A stretch of 64,000 nucleotides of DNA from Octopus sinensis (Eukaryota). Position numbers and translations under genes: made by a program. The DNA lies in contig NW_021831287.1 in assembly GCF_006345805.1 (NCBI RefSeq), positions 186,001 through 250,000 of the forward strand. The letters run 5' to 3'. The notes below the pieces were generated by a model that saw nothing but the letters and a program-made list of their open reading frames with translations, did not search any database and was not told the origin of the DNA. Below are positions 61,467 through 64,000 of this stretch, in pieces (position 1 is the first letter of the stretch; each line of letters opens with the position of its first letter).

Positions 61467-63806
61467 ACGGTCAGCTTAAGGTAATTAAATCTTATTTGTG
61501 TGTCGCTTTTTTGGCTGCTGCTACTCTGCCTGCCGCATCTCCGGCTGCCCCATTTCCGCCAGTGGTTTGTCTAATCAAGGTCACTAAGCTAAATCTCCGG
61601 ACTATAAAGGCTCTTAAGCATTATCTTAACTGGCTGTTAAAAAAATTAGACAGGTTGTTGCCGTGGCGGCAGAGATTTTTTTTGTTTATACTTTTTTACA
61701 AATTTTTAAAGTTTTTTCATTTCTTTTGTTTTTAAATTATTTATTTTTATTTGTTTTTTTTTATTTTTTTGTTATTTTCTACAAATTCAACCGGATTGAA
61801 TTTTTAAACTCCTTAGATCCCTCTGGAATGCCGAATCATCTTTTAAAGTTAAAGATAGGCGTTCCAGTGGTTTTATTACGAAATCTTGCGCCACCTAAAT
61901 TATGCAACGGAACGAGGTTAGTTATCAAAAATTTGATGGCTAACGTAATAGAGGCGACGATATTCACAGGTAAGTATAGAGGTGAGGATGTTTATATTCC
62001 ACGAATTCCGATAATTTCTGATGAATTACCATTTAGATTTAAAAGGCTGCAATTTCCTTTGAGGATGAGTTTTGCAATGACAATAAACAAGGCCCAGGGA
62101 CAGTCATTAAAGGTAGTTGGGTTATTTTTAGAGAGTGAGTGCTTTTCACATGGACAGCTGTATGTGGGATGCTCGAGGGTAGGCAGAAGAGAAAATTATT
62201 CATATATGCCAAGGAAGGACGGACGACAAACATCGTTTATCAACAGGCGATAGAATAGGGTTACATTAAACCAGGTAGTTTTATACATCTACATAAACTT
62301 ATAGTTGTTTGATGAAACAGGCCCTCCGCAGGAGCTAGGTCGCGGTGAGCGAGGCGAGCTGCCGAGCTAGTTTTTTATATTTTCAATATCCTCAACGTCT
62401 TGAAATGTATCATTTTCAGAATATTCAAAATTAAGAAATTCTTCGACTTCTAAGGGATCAAAAATGTCAGTTTTTTCTACTGCAATATCTTGAACTTCAA
62501 CTACATGATTCTTTTTGAATGGGTTGCTTAATATTCCGAAACAATTTGCAATCGTTTTTTCAGACACATCTTCCCAAGCCATTTTTACGAAAATTACAGT
62601 ATCCTTTAGAGTTAACTTTTTGTAGGAACTGTATACTGAAATATTTTGCTGTTCCAACAAATCAGTCAAATACATTAACTTGTGTCGAGTAAAATGTGTT
62701 TTAAATGTTTTTATTATACCCAAATCCACAGGTTGAATAAGACCAGTACTATTTGGAGGAAAAAACAATATTTTTATGTTATCCAAATTTGATGGAACAC
62801 AATGTGAAGGACAATTGTCCATGAGAAATAAAATTTGCTTTTTTTCATTTTTGAGATGGTAATCAAAGTTAGTAAAAATTGTTCCTGTCATCCAAGCTCG
62901 TTTTGAGCTATAATAATCAATGAAACATTTATAGTCAAGATTTAAAGCATCTTGGCATTTTAGGTTTCGAGATCATCACAGGTTTCAATTTATGATTTCC
63001 ACTCATATTTGAACATAGCATAATAGAAACAAGATCTTTGAAATTTTTATATCCTTGAAATCTGTTTCTACAAATACTCTTCGAAGGAATCAGCTTGTAA
63101 TGCAATCCCGTTTCGTCCAAGTTATAAATTTGATCGGCATTATAACTCTTTGATATTTCTATGAATTTTTCGATAAATAAGTCGACATCTACTGGATCAT
63201 TAGTTCTCATTTCTCCATGTAACTTGGTCATTCGAAAACCATGCCTCTTTTTGAATTTATGAAGGTATCCATTTGAGTTTTTAAAATTATCCAGTTTTAA
63301 TTCAGCTGCGAATCTATCAGCCAAATACTGACATGAAACATCTTTATTTTGATTTTTATAAGTTAAAATCTGTATTTTTTGATAAAAAGTGAGACGAGTA
63401 TAATTACCACGAGAATTGTTCGAAGACATAAAATAACTGAAATTTTATTAATTTGCAAATTATATAAAATATGTTTTAAAATTTATGGTCAATTTGAGAA
63501 TTGGCCACTTTCAATGGAAATTCGAATTTTTCTTAAGATAATTTTATAAGTGTGGTCAATTTCAGAGGTGGCCAATTTCAGAGGAGTCACTGTAAATTCA
63601 AATTCAGAGCATTAAAATGAGAAGTAATGTCAACCAGAAATGCAAATTATGCAAGCTATTCAGGATCACAAAAGTATGAAGCATCAAAATTTTTTACTTT
63701 CAGAAAATAATCGTACTTCATTATGCGAAGAAAACAATCGCTTCAACATCTATCCCCTGCTTAGCCATCTAACATTAGTGTGAAAGTATTATTGGCTTGT
63801 AACATA

Positions 63807-64000
63807 CAGTCAACCCTCGTTAATTTGAAAAGTTCAATAATCCCAATTTTTTAATTGAAATTATAAATTTTCTAACTTTTTCCTGCCAAATTTGATTCAA
63901 GGCTCCTAAAATTCAATAATCCGCGATCCGAATGCTAGTGTTAATATAATTTCGGATTAATTTTGTTTATTTTTATTAAAAAATAATTCTGTTGATTAAT
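63807..64000. mobile_element. Terminus of a further pogo/Tigger-like element (runs off the window)
   Basis: TA|CAGTCAACCCTCGTTAATT truncates the hAT transposase. Confidence 0.55.

Larger units (their letters stand above)
57995..62370 (+). mobile_element. Non-autonomous Helitron
   Basis: A|TC start followed by a (GTCT)n microsatellite; PIF1 helicase C-terminus ([10 protein letters not shown]...LCNGTRL...[12 protein letters not shown]...HGQLYV..SRV); GC-rich 3' end with CTAG|T; no TSD. Confidence 0.88.
57611..63592 (-). mobile_element. pogo/Tigger element A (split by the Helitron)
   Basis: 24-bp TIRs CAGTGACTCCTCTGAAATTGGCCA with TA TSDs. Transposase 63429-62371 (NLDETG, MDNCPSH, QPVDLG) resumes in frame at 57994. 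Confidence 0.92.
57190..63800 (-). mobile_element. hAT (SPIN-like) element split by the Tigger insertion
   Basis: Terminus CAGGGGTCGGCA at 57190. VRWLSRG...AFLVDITSH.NALNLNL (63.6-63.8 kb) continues as .GK...HI.AFENKI.LW (57.6 kb) across the TA site. Confidence 0.75.

Overview
AT-rich eukaryotic (animal) genomic DNA, not prokaryotic. Nearly every gene is split by very short spliceosomal introns, mostly 22-30 nt, GT-AG with some GC-AG. This is why the ORF track shows only fragments. Animal-type genes (twisted gastrulation, PLC-gamma, classical calpain) together with ~25-nt introns fit a dicyemid mesozoan best; that assignment is inference. Compact gene islands, spliced by hand: SPAG1, calpain, C-type lectin, PLC-gamma, a TIR/SEFIR-like protein, MAP4K, Tsg, a multi-CTLD receptor, RNPS1, tRNA-Cys, WIPI1/2, a double-PHD+SAM protein and a secreted acidic protein missing from the ORF track. 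These alternate with transposon graveyards (hAT, pogo/Tigger, Ginger, Merlin, Helitron, CRE/R4-like and other LINEs, a SINE, an LTR). Main observations: (1) a 52-58-nt minor-spliceosome (U12) intron starting with AT in PLC-gamma, plus a 39-nt U12-like intron in MAP4K; (2) host-style micro-introns inside transposases of four lineages; (3) a structured ~110-nt ncRNA candidate after RNPS1; (4) a four-level nested insertion hAT>Tigger>Helitron>Tigger; (5) a recurrent GTGGT/TTGGY motif just upstream of start codons; (6) a WIPI that appears to have lost phosphoinositide site 1. All gene models and family calls come from manual reading and motif recognition, with no database search.
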